A stretch of 61,482 nucleotides of DNA, taken from the IMG/VR virus record IMGVR_UViG_3300032288_001094, positions 1 to 61,482 of that record, one strand, 5' to 3'. This document shows, in pieces, positions 1-9,100 of the stretch (positions are counted from its first letter, which is position 1; every line of letters starts with the position of its first letter). Made by a program: the position numbers and the translations under genes. The stretch comes from a virus (taxonomy: Duplodnaviria > Caudoviricetes). The notes beneath the pieces are model-generated. The model made no database searches. It was not told the DNA's origin and saw only the letters and a list, made by a program, of their open reading frames with translations.

Positions 1-123
1 GCTACGGCACTATCGCTTTCTGGGACTTGACCCAATAAAATGACCTCAACCTTTTTCTCGGGGGCCGTATGAGCCTTGTTGCACTAGCCAACCACATCGC
101 AAGCAAGGGTCGGGACGACGACA
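1..123. repeat. Terminal direct repeat, left copy (circular assembly overlap)
   Basis: Bases 1-123 are identical to 61360-61482; genes run continuously across the junction. Confidence 0.95.
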
Positions 124-2576
124 AGATGCTCGTCCATATGACCCCCGGAGAAGTCCAGGGTCTGCAGGCGCTTGCCTTGGCGCATGGTGGCTCGCTCACC
201 ATCAACCCCGAAACAGGTCTGGTGGAAGCCGGTCTGCTGAAAAAGCTGCTCCCCGCCATCGCGGGCTTTGCCCTTAACTTCATCGCTCCCGGCGTCGGTA
301 CTGCTATTGGTGGGATGCTTGGTTTGGGCGGTGCCGCAGGCACGGCCATCGCAGTTGGCGGACTCACCGGTCTGGCCACTGGCAGTCTCAAGCAGGGCAT
401 CATGGCCGGTCTGGGCGCCTACGGCGGCGCTTCTTTGGCTGGTGGGCTGATGAGTGCTTCTGGGGCCGAAGGTGTTGCAGGCGCAATGGGGGTTCCCGGG
501 GCTGCTACAGGAACCGGCTCTCAAGCAGCTATGTTGGCTGAGCAAACCGCAGGTTTTGGCTCTGAGGGTCTTCAGCGTTTGGCTGAAAGTGCAGCGAAGG
601 CCAAAGGGGCAACACCTAGTCTAGTGCCGTCATTTATGGCGGGGGTTAAGGGGCTCGGCACCGAGGCCGGTCGCACCGCAGCGATGCAAGGCGTTGGTGG
701 AGCTTCTGGTTTGCTGAAGGCAGGTACGGCAGCAATGATTGGCGCAGATGCGTTTGTGCCCACAGCTACCCCGATGCCCTCTGGCGGCGGGTTCCAGTAT
801 CCGCCCCGCATCCGTCCGATGTCGTGGAACCAGTACACGGGCGGTCTGGAGCAGTTGCCAATGTTCTCGGCCATCAACAAGGCTGGTACTGCACCCGCTC
901 CGGCCCCCGCCCCCGCACAGCCAGAAGAACAGCAGCCCGGTGGTTACAACGGTGGCGGCATCGTGGCGCTTGCCGAAGGTGGTGCGTCCACCAACCCCTT
1001 TGAAAAAGAGATTGAGGCGGGCAAACAGGCAACCCCCTACGCCACCGGCACTCGGGCTACGGACGAGGAGCTTCGCGGGATTTACCGTGATCTGCTTGGG
1101 CGGGAAGCTGATCAAGGCGGCTTTGAGTTCTACAAGGCGTCCCAATGGTCGCCCGAACAAATCCGCGCACAGATTCAACAGTCGGATGAGTACCGCAACC
1201 GCGTGATCACGCTTCCGCCGATTACGCCCGGTACGCCTGTGCCTGGACGCCCTGGCGAAGATGTTGAGTATGGCGGCGATACGCGCACGCCTGAGTACAC
1301 CGCGCCTGAGCCCAAAATCACGTACGTTGAGCCGTTTCAGCCCAAGCCCCAGACTATGGAGGAGATGCGCTCTGAATACGAAAAAGGCGGCGGCGCCACC
1401 CGCATGCCCGATATTCAGGTCACACCCACTCCGCTTACGGGCGCAAGCAAGTCTGCGTACGATTACTTGATGGGTCGCGGCGCTTATCCCGTCAATCAAG
1501 TGCTGCCCGGCGGTGCGTCGCTGATGCGTCCTTACTTTGAAGCATCTGGTATCTCCTCTGGGCCGGGGTTCTTTGGGCGCTCAACGATTCCAAGTGAGCC
1601 CACGAGGCAAGAAGCACAGGGTGCTGGTGCTGGTGCTGGTGCTGGTGCTGGTGCTGGTGCTGGTGCTGGTGTCGGTGGTGCTCTGGCTGGTGCTGGTGCT
1701 GGTGCTGGTGTGGGCACTACGACCACTGGTGGAGGCGTAGTAGATTTGCTTGGTGGAACAACCACCGGCGGCACTACAACCACCACAGGCGGCACTACGA
1801 CCATTGGCGGAACCGCAATTAACCCCGAAGTTGGCCCTGCTCAACCCTACACCCCTGTGAGCGGAACGCCGATCACGGACTTCTTGTTTGGCACGCAAGA
1901 CCCGTCGAAGGTTGAAGTGGTGGATCGCAGCACGTACACCGATTCAGCCATGCGAGAACTGTTGGCTGACGAAGCGGCGCTCAATGATCGGCGAGCCGAA
2001 GTAGAAGATGTGCTGAATGTTGAGCAAATTCAGCGTGACATCTTGCAAGCTCAGGAAGAAGCCTATAACCAGCGCCAGATTGAATTGCAGCAGATGCTGC
2101 AAGACGCTTATGCCGGTTACGACTACGGTCAGGGTGATGTAGATTACGACCCGACGTTTGACTACGGCAGTGTTGGTAGCGGCGGTAGGTATACCGAAGA
2201 CGAGATGGCAATGATGGCGGGGCTTCGCAGAGGGGGTCTTGCCGATGTTGCCGCAGCCTCCGCTGCCCGTGGCGGGAATGTTCAGCAGTACAACCTGGGC
2301 GGCTACTCCGATGGCGGGCGCTTGCTGCGCGGCCCCGGTGATGGCGTGAGTGACAGCATCCCTGCAGTCATCGGCAACCGTCAACCCGCGCGTCTGGCCG
2401 ATGGTGAGTTCGTGATCCCCGCTCGCATCGTGTCTGAACTGGGTAATGGTTCGACCGAAGCAGGCGCGCGCAAGCTCTATGCAATGATGGACCGTGTGCA
2501 GCGTGCACGCGCTAAGACAACCGGCAAAGGCAGGGTGGCCAAAAACACCCGCGCCGATAAGCACCTGCCCGCATAA
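69..2576 (+). CDS. Putative internal virion/DNA ejection protein
   Basis: 835 aa. N-terminal GRxxDxMLVHMTPGEV...LTINPETGLVEAG, Gly/Ala-rich hydrophobic segment, C-terminal GPGDGVSDSIPA...LADGEFVIPA; first gene after the tail genes. Confidence 0.6.
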   Translation: MSLVALANHIASKGRDDDKMLVHMTPGEVQGLQALALAHGGSLTINPETGLVEAGLLKKLLPAIAGFALNFIAPGVGTAIGGMLGLGGAAGTAIAVGGLTGLATGSLKQGIMAGLGAYGGASLAGGLMSASGAEGVAGAMGVPGAATGTGSQAAMLAEQTAGFGSEGLQRLAESAAKAKGATPSLVPSFMAGVKGLGTEAGRTAAMQGVGGASGLLKAGTAAMIGADAFVPTATPMPSGGGFQYPPRIRPMSWNQYTGGLEQLPMFSAINKAGTAPAPAPAPAQPEEQQPGGYNGGGIVALAEGGASTNPFEKEIEAGKQATPYATGTRATDEELRGIYRDLLGREADQGGFEFYKASQWSPEQIRAQIQQSDEYRNRVITLPPITPGTPVPGRPGEDVEYGGDTRTPEYTAPEPKITYVEPFQPKPQTMEEMRSEYEKGGGATRMPDIQVTPTPLTGASKSAYDYLMGRGAYPVNQVLPGGASLMRPYFEASGISSGPGFFGRSTIPSEPTRQEAQGAGAGAGAGAGAGAGAGVGGALAGAGAGAGVGTTTTGGGVVDLLGGTTTGGTTTTTGGTTTIGGTAINPEVGPAQPYTPVSGTPITDFLFGTQDPSKVEVVDRSTYTDSAMRELLADEAALNDRRAEVEDVLNVEQIQRDILQAQEEAYNQRQIELQQMLQDAYAGYDYGQGDVDYDPTFDYGSVGSGGRYTEDEMAMMAGLRRGGLADVAAASAARGGNVQQYNLGGYSDGGRLLRGPGDGVSDSIPAVIGNRQPARLADGEFVIPARIVSELGNGSTEAGARKLYAMMDRVQRARAKTTGKGRVAKNTRADKHLPA
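1620..1667 (+). repeat. Perfect (GGTGCT)8 microsatellite encoding (Gly-Ala)8
   Basis: Read directly; a second, shorter run follows near 1686-1710. Confidence 0.9.
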
Positions 2577-2585
2577 GGAAGCATC

Positions 2586-4334
2586 ATGGCTACTGCTCCG
2601 ACTGTTCAACAACAGCAAATTGAATACCTGACCGGCTTTGCGCCGCAGATCGCTCCGTACGCTGAGCGCCTGCTCGGTGGTGCCGAGAGCACGCTGTTTG
2701 AATATGCGCGTGATGCGCAGGGCAACATCCTCAAAGACGAGTCGGGGATGCCCAGGATTTCCGGGTTCAAGCCATACATGCAGTACCAGGGCGAGCGCTT
2801 TGCGCAGTTCAGCCCGCTGCAGCAGCGAGCCTTTGCCGGTGCAGAGCAAATGCGGGCGGCGCCTCAGTTGCGTGATGCTTCAGCCATGCTTGGCACTGCC
2901 GGTCTGCGGGCACTTGCCTACGACCAGTACAAGCCTGCGCAGTTCGGCAATTTTTATCAGCCGGTAGCGTCTTATCAACCCACGGCTTTCACGGCTCCGG
3001 GCGTATCTACCCGCGACTTGACGACCTACCAGATGGGCCCGTCAGAGCGCGTAACTTCCCGTGAGTTGGCGACGCCGCAGATGGCCACGGCCCGGACGGG
3101 TTACACGCCCAACTTGCAGACGTTCCAGATGGGCCCGGCAGAACGCGTTGCTACCGAGACGTTTGCTCGTCCCGGATCGGCAGAAGCCTACATGTCCCCC
3201 TACATGCAGAGTGTGGCGGACATTGAGAAGCGCGAAGCTCAACGCCAAGCGGACATCGCTGCCACTTCTCGCGGTCAACGGTACGCCCGTGCCGGTGCGT
3301 TTGGTGGTGCGCGTCAAGCCATCGAGAACGCCGAAGCTCAGCGCAACCTTGCACAGCAGATGGGCGACATCCAGTCGCGTGGACTGCAGAGCGCGTTTGA
3401 TCGTGCACAACAGCAGTTCAACGCTGAGCAAGCCGCCCGGATTCAGGCGCAGTTGGCCAACCAACAGGCAGGACTGACCACGGGTCAGCAGAACTTGGCC
3501 GCACAGTTGGGTGTGCAGCAGTTGGGAATCCAGACCGGACTTCAGACCGCGCTTGCCAATCTTAGCGCTGAGCAACAGGCCAACGTCCAGAACCAAGCGG
3601 CTCAACTCCAAACGCAGGGCATGTCTGCGCAGCAGGCGTTGCAGGCTGCACTTGCCAATCAGCAAGCGGGCTTGACCACTGGTCAGCAGAACTTGGCGGC
3701 GCAGCTTGGCACCCAACAACTTGGCGCACAGCAAGACCTTCAGGCTCGCCTTGCGGAGCAGCAAGCGCGTATGCAGGCGCAGCAGATGGCTGAGCAGTCT
3801 CGTCAGTTTGGCTACGGCAACCTGATGCAGCAGGCTGGACTCGGCGCTCAATACGGTCAGGCTGCTGCGCAACTCGGTGAACAATCACGCCAATACGGTG
3901 CGGGCCTTGGGTTGCAGGGTCTGCAGGCTGCGATGCAGGCCGGTCAAGGGCTTGGCAACATCGGCCAGACCGAGTTCGGACAGAACATGGCCATCAACCA
4001 ACTGCAAAACCAGTATGGTGGTCAGCAACAGCAGCGCATGCAGGACATCCTGAATGCCCAGTATCAGGACTTCATGAACGCGCAGAACGCGCCGTACCGC
4101 CAACTTGGGTTCATGTCGGACATCATTCGGGGTGTTCCGCTCACGCAGACTGGCACGTCTGTGTACGGTCAGGCACCGTCAATGACTTCGCAACTTGCCG
4201 GTCTGGGTACGGCGGCTATTGGTGCGGGCAAGCTGTTCGGCGGGTTTGCCGAAGGCGGCGAAGTGGAAGATGTCGAGTATCGAGAGAAGCCCGCAGGTCT
4301 GGCTGATCTGGCAATCTACAACATGGGGCGTTGA
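2586..4334 (+). CDS. Putative ejection (DNA pilot-like) protein, Gln/Ala/Gly-rich
   Basis: 582 aa with YMSPYMQSV...AGAFGGARQAI motif and a duplicated LANQQAGLTTGQQNLAAQLG; AAGGAA SD. Confidence 0.6.
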   Translation: MATAPTVQQQQIEYLTGFAPQIAPYAERLLGGAESTLFEYARDAQGNILKDESGMPRISGFKPYMQYQGERFAQFSPLQQRAFAGAEQMRAAPQLRDASAMLGTAGLRALAYDQYKPAQFGNFYQPVASYQPTAFTAPGVSTRDLTTYQMGPSERVTSRELATPQMATARTGYTPNLQTFQMGPAERVATETFARPGSAEAYMSPYMQSVADIEKREAQRQADIAATSRGQRYARAGAFGGARQAIENAEAQRNLAQQMGDIQSRGLQSAFDRAQQQFNAEQAARIQAQLANQQAGLTTGQQNLAAQLGVQQLGIQTGLQTALANLSAEQQANVQNQAAQLQTQGMSAQQALQAALANQQAGLTTGQQNLAAQLGTQQLGAQQDLQARLAEQQARMQAQQMAEQSRQFGYGNLMQQAGLGAQYGQAAAQLGEQSRQYGAGLGLQGLQAAMQAGQGLGNIGQTEFGQNMAINQLQNQYGGQQQQRMQDILNAQYQDFMNAQNAPYRQLGFMSDIIRGVPLTQTGTSVYGQAPSMTSQLAGLGTAAIGAGKLFGGFAEGGEVEDVEYREKPAGLADLAIYNMGR

Positions 4335-6109
4335 GCATGATTCCGAACGTCAACCAGTTCACTGAGCAGTTGCGCATGATGCCGGATCAGGCATTGCAGC
4401 GCATAGCGCAGATGTACAAGCAAGACCCGTACATCCTGCCGATGGTGATTGCTGAGGACATGGCGCGAAAGAAAGTGCGCCAAGCAGCCCAAGCGCAGAT
4501 GGCGCAGGGCCCGCAGCCAAAAGTGGCGGATCAGGCCATCATGTCGATGGGGCAGCAGCCCCAGGCAGCGCCCGGTATCGCCGCCTTACAGGCGCCGAAT
4601 ATGCAGAACATGGCTGATGGCGGGATCGCGGGCTACGATGATTTTGCTGAGCGCAGCGAGCCCGTTGTGCGCATGGCTGAGGGTGGTGCAGTTCAACGGT
4701 TCCAGTCAGGCGGCATGCCCGTATTGCGCATGCTAGAGAACATTCTTAGTATTGACCCTGACTTTGATGAGCAGGGATTGCCGCGTACAAAGCAAGAATC
4801 GGCGTCTATTCGCGCACGACAAGAAGAAGCCCGCGCCAAAAAACAACAGATTGAAGACTATGCCGTTGGTATGAATACGCCGCCGCGCGAATATCAACAG
4901 CGTATGGATCAGTTCTATGGTCGTCGCGGTGTGGCGCCTACCGGTAAGGCAGTGGCAGCGCCTGCGGCCACTGCTGCGCCTACTGCAGCTTCTGCATTGC
5001 GCGAACCCCCGCTGATCAACCCCGAAGTCGGGCCCGGACAACCATACTCTCTCGGTGCCGAACCTTCTTCAAGCACGCTTGCTTCTCCTCCCGCGCAACC
5101 TTCGGCTTCACAAACGGCACTCCAAGCACTGTCTGCTCCTGTATCTGGTGGACGCCAATCGTCCATCTATGACCTTACCAATCCGGCCACTGCGCGCTCT
5201 GTGGCCCAAACACTGGCGCCTACCAACAAGTACGAGACCGCGTTTAATGTCCAGCAGCAGCGCGAGCTTGAGCGACTGGAAGGTCGGGAAGCCGAGCGCG
5301 AGCGAAATAAGCCTACTGGCAAAGCTCGTGAGGGGTTGGAGGCGCTGCTCAAGCAAGAGGGTGAAGGTGCAGCAAAAGAAAGAAGTGACGCTGGTGCGTT
5401 TGCGCTCATCAGTGCTGGCTTGGCAATTGCGTCTGGGGAGTCGCCCAACGCGCTGATGAACATTGCCAAAGGCTTGAACGTCGGCGCTAAGGAATACCAA
5501 GCAGCCATCAAAGACCTCAAGAAGGCAGACCGTGAGCGCAAGCTCATGCTGGCCGACATCGAAGAGGCTCGCCGCCTTGAGGCCAAGGGTGACTACGATA
5601 AGGCAGAAGATCGCAAAGATCAGGCAAACGAACGTAGGACAAGCATCGAACGCTACTCGATGTCTGGCATCATGCAGTTGGGCGTCAGCCAAGACCAGTT
5701 GACCGGCAGCTTGTTCGGTAAGGGTGTAGAGGCGGCGGCACGCCGTGATATTGCAGGCATGGAGATTGGCGCTGCAAATCAGCGGGCTATCGCGGACATC
5801 CTTTCGCGCAGGGAACTTGCAAGCATGCCCGGTGCACAGGAGCGCATGATTGAGCGTCTTGGAGAAGGGGACTTCAACAAGGGTTATCAGCGGTTCCGTC
5901 AAGAAGGGCAGATGCCAAAACTTTATGCTGACTACGAGAAGTTGACTGCTGACACAACACTCAACCCGCTCACAGGCAAAACAAAGGGTCGTGAGTTCCT
6001 TGCCAAGTACCCGACGTTTGACGCCTACATGTCTGCATTTGAATCCTCGCAAGGGGGTGGAGGTCGTGGCCCAAGTGCGGTAAGCTCAGACCCGCTTGGA
6101 ATTCGCTAG
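4331..6109 (+). CDS. Putative ejection/internal virion protein
   Basis: 592 aa, coiled-coil C-terminal half, overlaps the upstream stop (alternative ATG at 4337). Confidence 0.55.
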   Translation: MSMIPNVNQFTEQLRMMPDQALQRIAQMYKQDPYILPMVIAEDMARKKVRQAAQAQMAQGPQPKVADQAIMSMGQQPQAAPGIAALQAPNMQNMADGGIAGYDDFAERSEPVVRMAEGGAVQRFQSGGMPVLRMLENILSIDPDFDEQGLPRTKQESASIRARQEEARAKKQQIEDYAVGMNTPPREYQQRMDQFYGRRGVAPTGKAVAAPAATAAPTAASALREPPLINPEVGPGQPYSLGAEPSSSTLASPPAQPSASQTALQALSAPVSGGRQSSIYDLTNPATARSVAQTLAPTNKYETAFNVQQQRELERLEGREAERERNKPTGKAREGLEALLKQEGEGAAKERSDAGAFALISAGLAIASGESPNALMNIAKGLNVGAKEYQAAIKDLKKADRERKLMLADIEEARRLEAKGDYDKAEDRKDQANERRTSIERYSMSGIMQLGVSQDQLTGSLFGKGVEAAARRDIAGMEIGAANQRAIADILSRRELASMPGAQERMIERLGEGDFNKGYQRFRQEGQMPKLYADYEKLTADTTLNPLTGKTKGREFLAKYPTFDAYMSAFESSQGGGGRGPSAVSSDPLGIR

Positions 6110-6119
6110 GAGATAGCCA

Positions 6120-9100
6120 GTGGACCTCAGTGACGTTCGTGCCAGATTCCCTCAGTACGACAATCTGACCGACAAGCAACTGGCGGATGCACTGCACGCC
6201 AAGTTTTATGCGGACATTCCGAAGGCAGACTTCTACGAGCGCATTGGGCTGACCAAACCCAAGTCCGGGTTTGGTGCCGCCTTTAAGGCGTCTGTTGAAT
6301 CGCTCAAGGGTGAGGCCGCTTTGCTTGGCGGCAAGCTCGGCTTGATGAGCGAGAAGGAAGCTCAGCGGTATCAGGCAGAGCAGGAAGACATTGCGCGGGG
6401 CATTTTCCGCCCCACCAAAGAGGGCTGGCTTGAGGCCCCAGGCACCAAGTTCGGTGAGCTTCTTGGCGGGTCGCTGCCTTACATGGCAGCGCCTGTTGCC
6501 GCAGGCGCTGCGGCTATTCCGCTTGGTGCTGCCGCCCCCATCGCCGCTACTGCCGGTGCAGGTCTGGCGTCTTTGGCGCAATTCACCGGCACCAACCTTG
6601 CTCGCCAACTGGAAGCTCAGAAGGAGCGTGGTGAGGAAGTCTCACTTGAGCGGGCCAGTGGTGCTGCTGCCACAGCCGCCGCCGTCCCTCAAGCCGCGCT
6701 TGACATGGTGAGCTTGAAGGCTCTGCCTCTGGTGCGCAACCTGTTTAAGTCAGTCGGCAAAGACCTGACCGAGGCAGAAGCCAAGCGCATCGCCGAGCAG
6801 GGTTTCAAGCAGACTGTTGCCGACTACGCCAAGACCGGAGCGCGTGTTGCCGGTATTGAAGGCTTGACCGAAGCAGGTCAGCAGTATTTCGAGCGCCTGC
6901 AGGCAGGTCTGTCGATTGCAGACGCCGATGCCCGTGAAGAATACATCGACAGCTTCGTTGGTGGTGCCGTGCTTGGTGCTGGCTTGTCACCTGTTGGCCG
7001 CTTTGTTGAGCGTGGTGGTGAGCAGGGCCGTGCCCAAAAGAAACTGGGTGAGGTTGCCGACGAGCAGCGTAAGGCAGAGCGCGAAGCCCAGGCCAAGCTC
7101 GAAGCGGAAGAAGCCGAGAAGCGCAAGCAGCCCGAGTACCTGACTAAACTGCAGGCGGACTACCAAGCCGCCAAGGCAAAGGACAACGCCTACAAAGCCG
7201 AGATCAAGGCGCTTGACGCGCAGAAGGACGACCCTGCCGCGTTGGCACGGGCCAAAGAGCTTCGCGCTGAACACAAGAACTTCCAAAAGACCGAGCTTTC
7301 AGAAATCGTCAAGGACTACAACAAAGCCGGTGGCGCCAAGTTCTTCAAGCAGTTTGCGGAACAACAGCGCGTTGCGGGCATGACTCCTCTGGAATACCAG
7401 ATGGAGCAGCTTGGTGTTAAGTTTCCTGAACAACCGCCCGAGCAACCGCGTGTATTTACGGGCGAAGGCTTTGAGCCTGCGGCTAAACGCGACGCTGTTG
7501 CAGAGTACGCAACAACGCAGCTTGATCTTGCCCGTCAGCAGGACATGGGGACGTTTACTGAGGCAGATTACGCCCAGTACCTCATGCAAGACCCCGACAT
7601 GGCTAAGCAGCTTGTCGCGGCAAACGCTCAACTTCCTGGGTTTAACAAGAAGCAAAGCACCGCCATTCTGGGCGGCATGAAGCTGCAACTGCAGCAGCAA
7701 GCCAAAGAGTCGTACGCAGGTGCAACCGACTTGCTCAAGGCGCAGCGCACAGAGCCGCAACAACTGTTCTTGGATCAGTGGCAACAAGATCAAGAGGCGC
7801 TTGACGCGGAGCGCAAGGAAAGTGTTTTTGATACCAAGCTGACCGAACTGGTCAACACCGCATTGCAGGGCACGCCTACTGTAGAGGCGCCTGAAGGTGC
7901 AACGGTGGATCGGCGCGGTGCTGTATTCCTGCAGCGTTTGGATGAGGCTATCGCCCAACGAGATGCTGCCGCCAAGGCAGCAGAGCAGGCGTTTGCTGCG
8001 GGCAACCGCGAGGCTGGCGCCGCCAAGAGCAAAGAGCGCGAGAACGCTCAACTGGTGTTGAACCAGATCGAGCAGCAGGGTGGCAACGCATCGCTTATTT
8101 CTAGCCTCCGCAAGGAGCAGGACAGCGCCCTGATGGACGCGGCAGGTCTGATTGACGACTTGCGCAGCGGTATTACCCTGGGCGACAAAGAACAGAAAGG
8201 TGCGGCGTCTTCCACCGCCGAAACGCTTCGCGCCCAAATTGATAAGGCGCGTGCTCGGTACATCGACGCGGCAGTCAAGGAAGCTGCTGCCACTCAGCGG
8301 ATATTTGGCAAGGCGCTATCTCAGGACGACGCGCTTAAGGCTGCACTTCAGATGCAGCAGGTCTTTGATGAGTGGGTGACGCGCTCCGCAGCCAAGCCCC
8401 GAAAAGACGTAGAGGAAGTTCGAGTCAAATCCCCTGCGCAAATGCGGGGGACAAAGATTGTCAAAGGTGCAGAACTGGAAACTTATGACCCACGCCCTCT
8501 TGAGGAGCGTCGGTTTGGTGCCCAGAAGGCTGCTATTGAAGTACTGCAAGAGCAACTTCGTCAAATTTCTAGCCGACTGAGTGCCGTGCCTGAAGAAGGT
8601 CGTCGTGCCGAGTCGCTGCTGCGCCCGCAGTACGCTATAACTGAAGCACAGAAAACGGCGGAAGCGCGTGGTGAGACTGCCGAAACACTGGGTGGTGAAC
8701 TGCGTCGGCGCCGTGAGTATGTGGGCAACCTTATTGATCGTGCGCTTCAGACACGCGAGGGGTTGCCTGATGACGTAGTGCAGGGCCTTGAGCGTGCACG
8801 CGATGCTATTGACGCAGGTCGTGGCGGACGCGATGTGTTGACTGCTGTCAGCCCTGAAGGTAGGGCGGGCCCTGCACCGTTTGCCGCAGGTTTGTTGGAT
8901 GCGGCTGAACAGTTGGCGCAGCGTGCCTTGTCTGGCCGAATGACTACCGTTACGGGTGGTGTCCAGGGTGCGCGTGAACAGAAAGGCTATGACGCACTGG
9001 CGTTCCGCAGAGACGAGATCAACCGCCAGTATCAGGATCAACAGCGGCAGCTTACTTCCGGTGTAGATGAGAATGGTAAGGAACTGACGCCTGCCAAGAA

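Noticed and set aside
1-123. Terminal repeat as a biological DTR
   Set aside because: It cuts through coding sequence in the middle of the late operon, as expected for an assembler overlap on a circular contig
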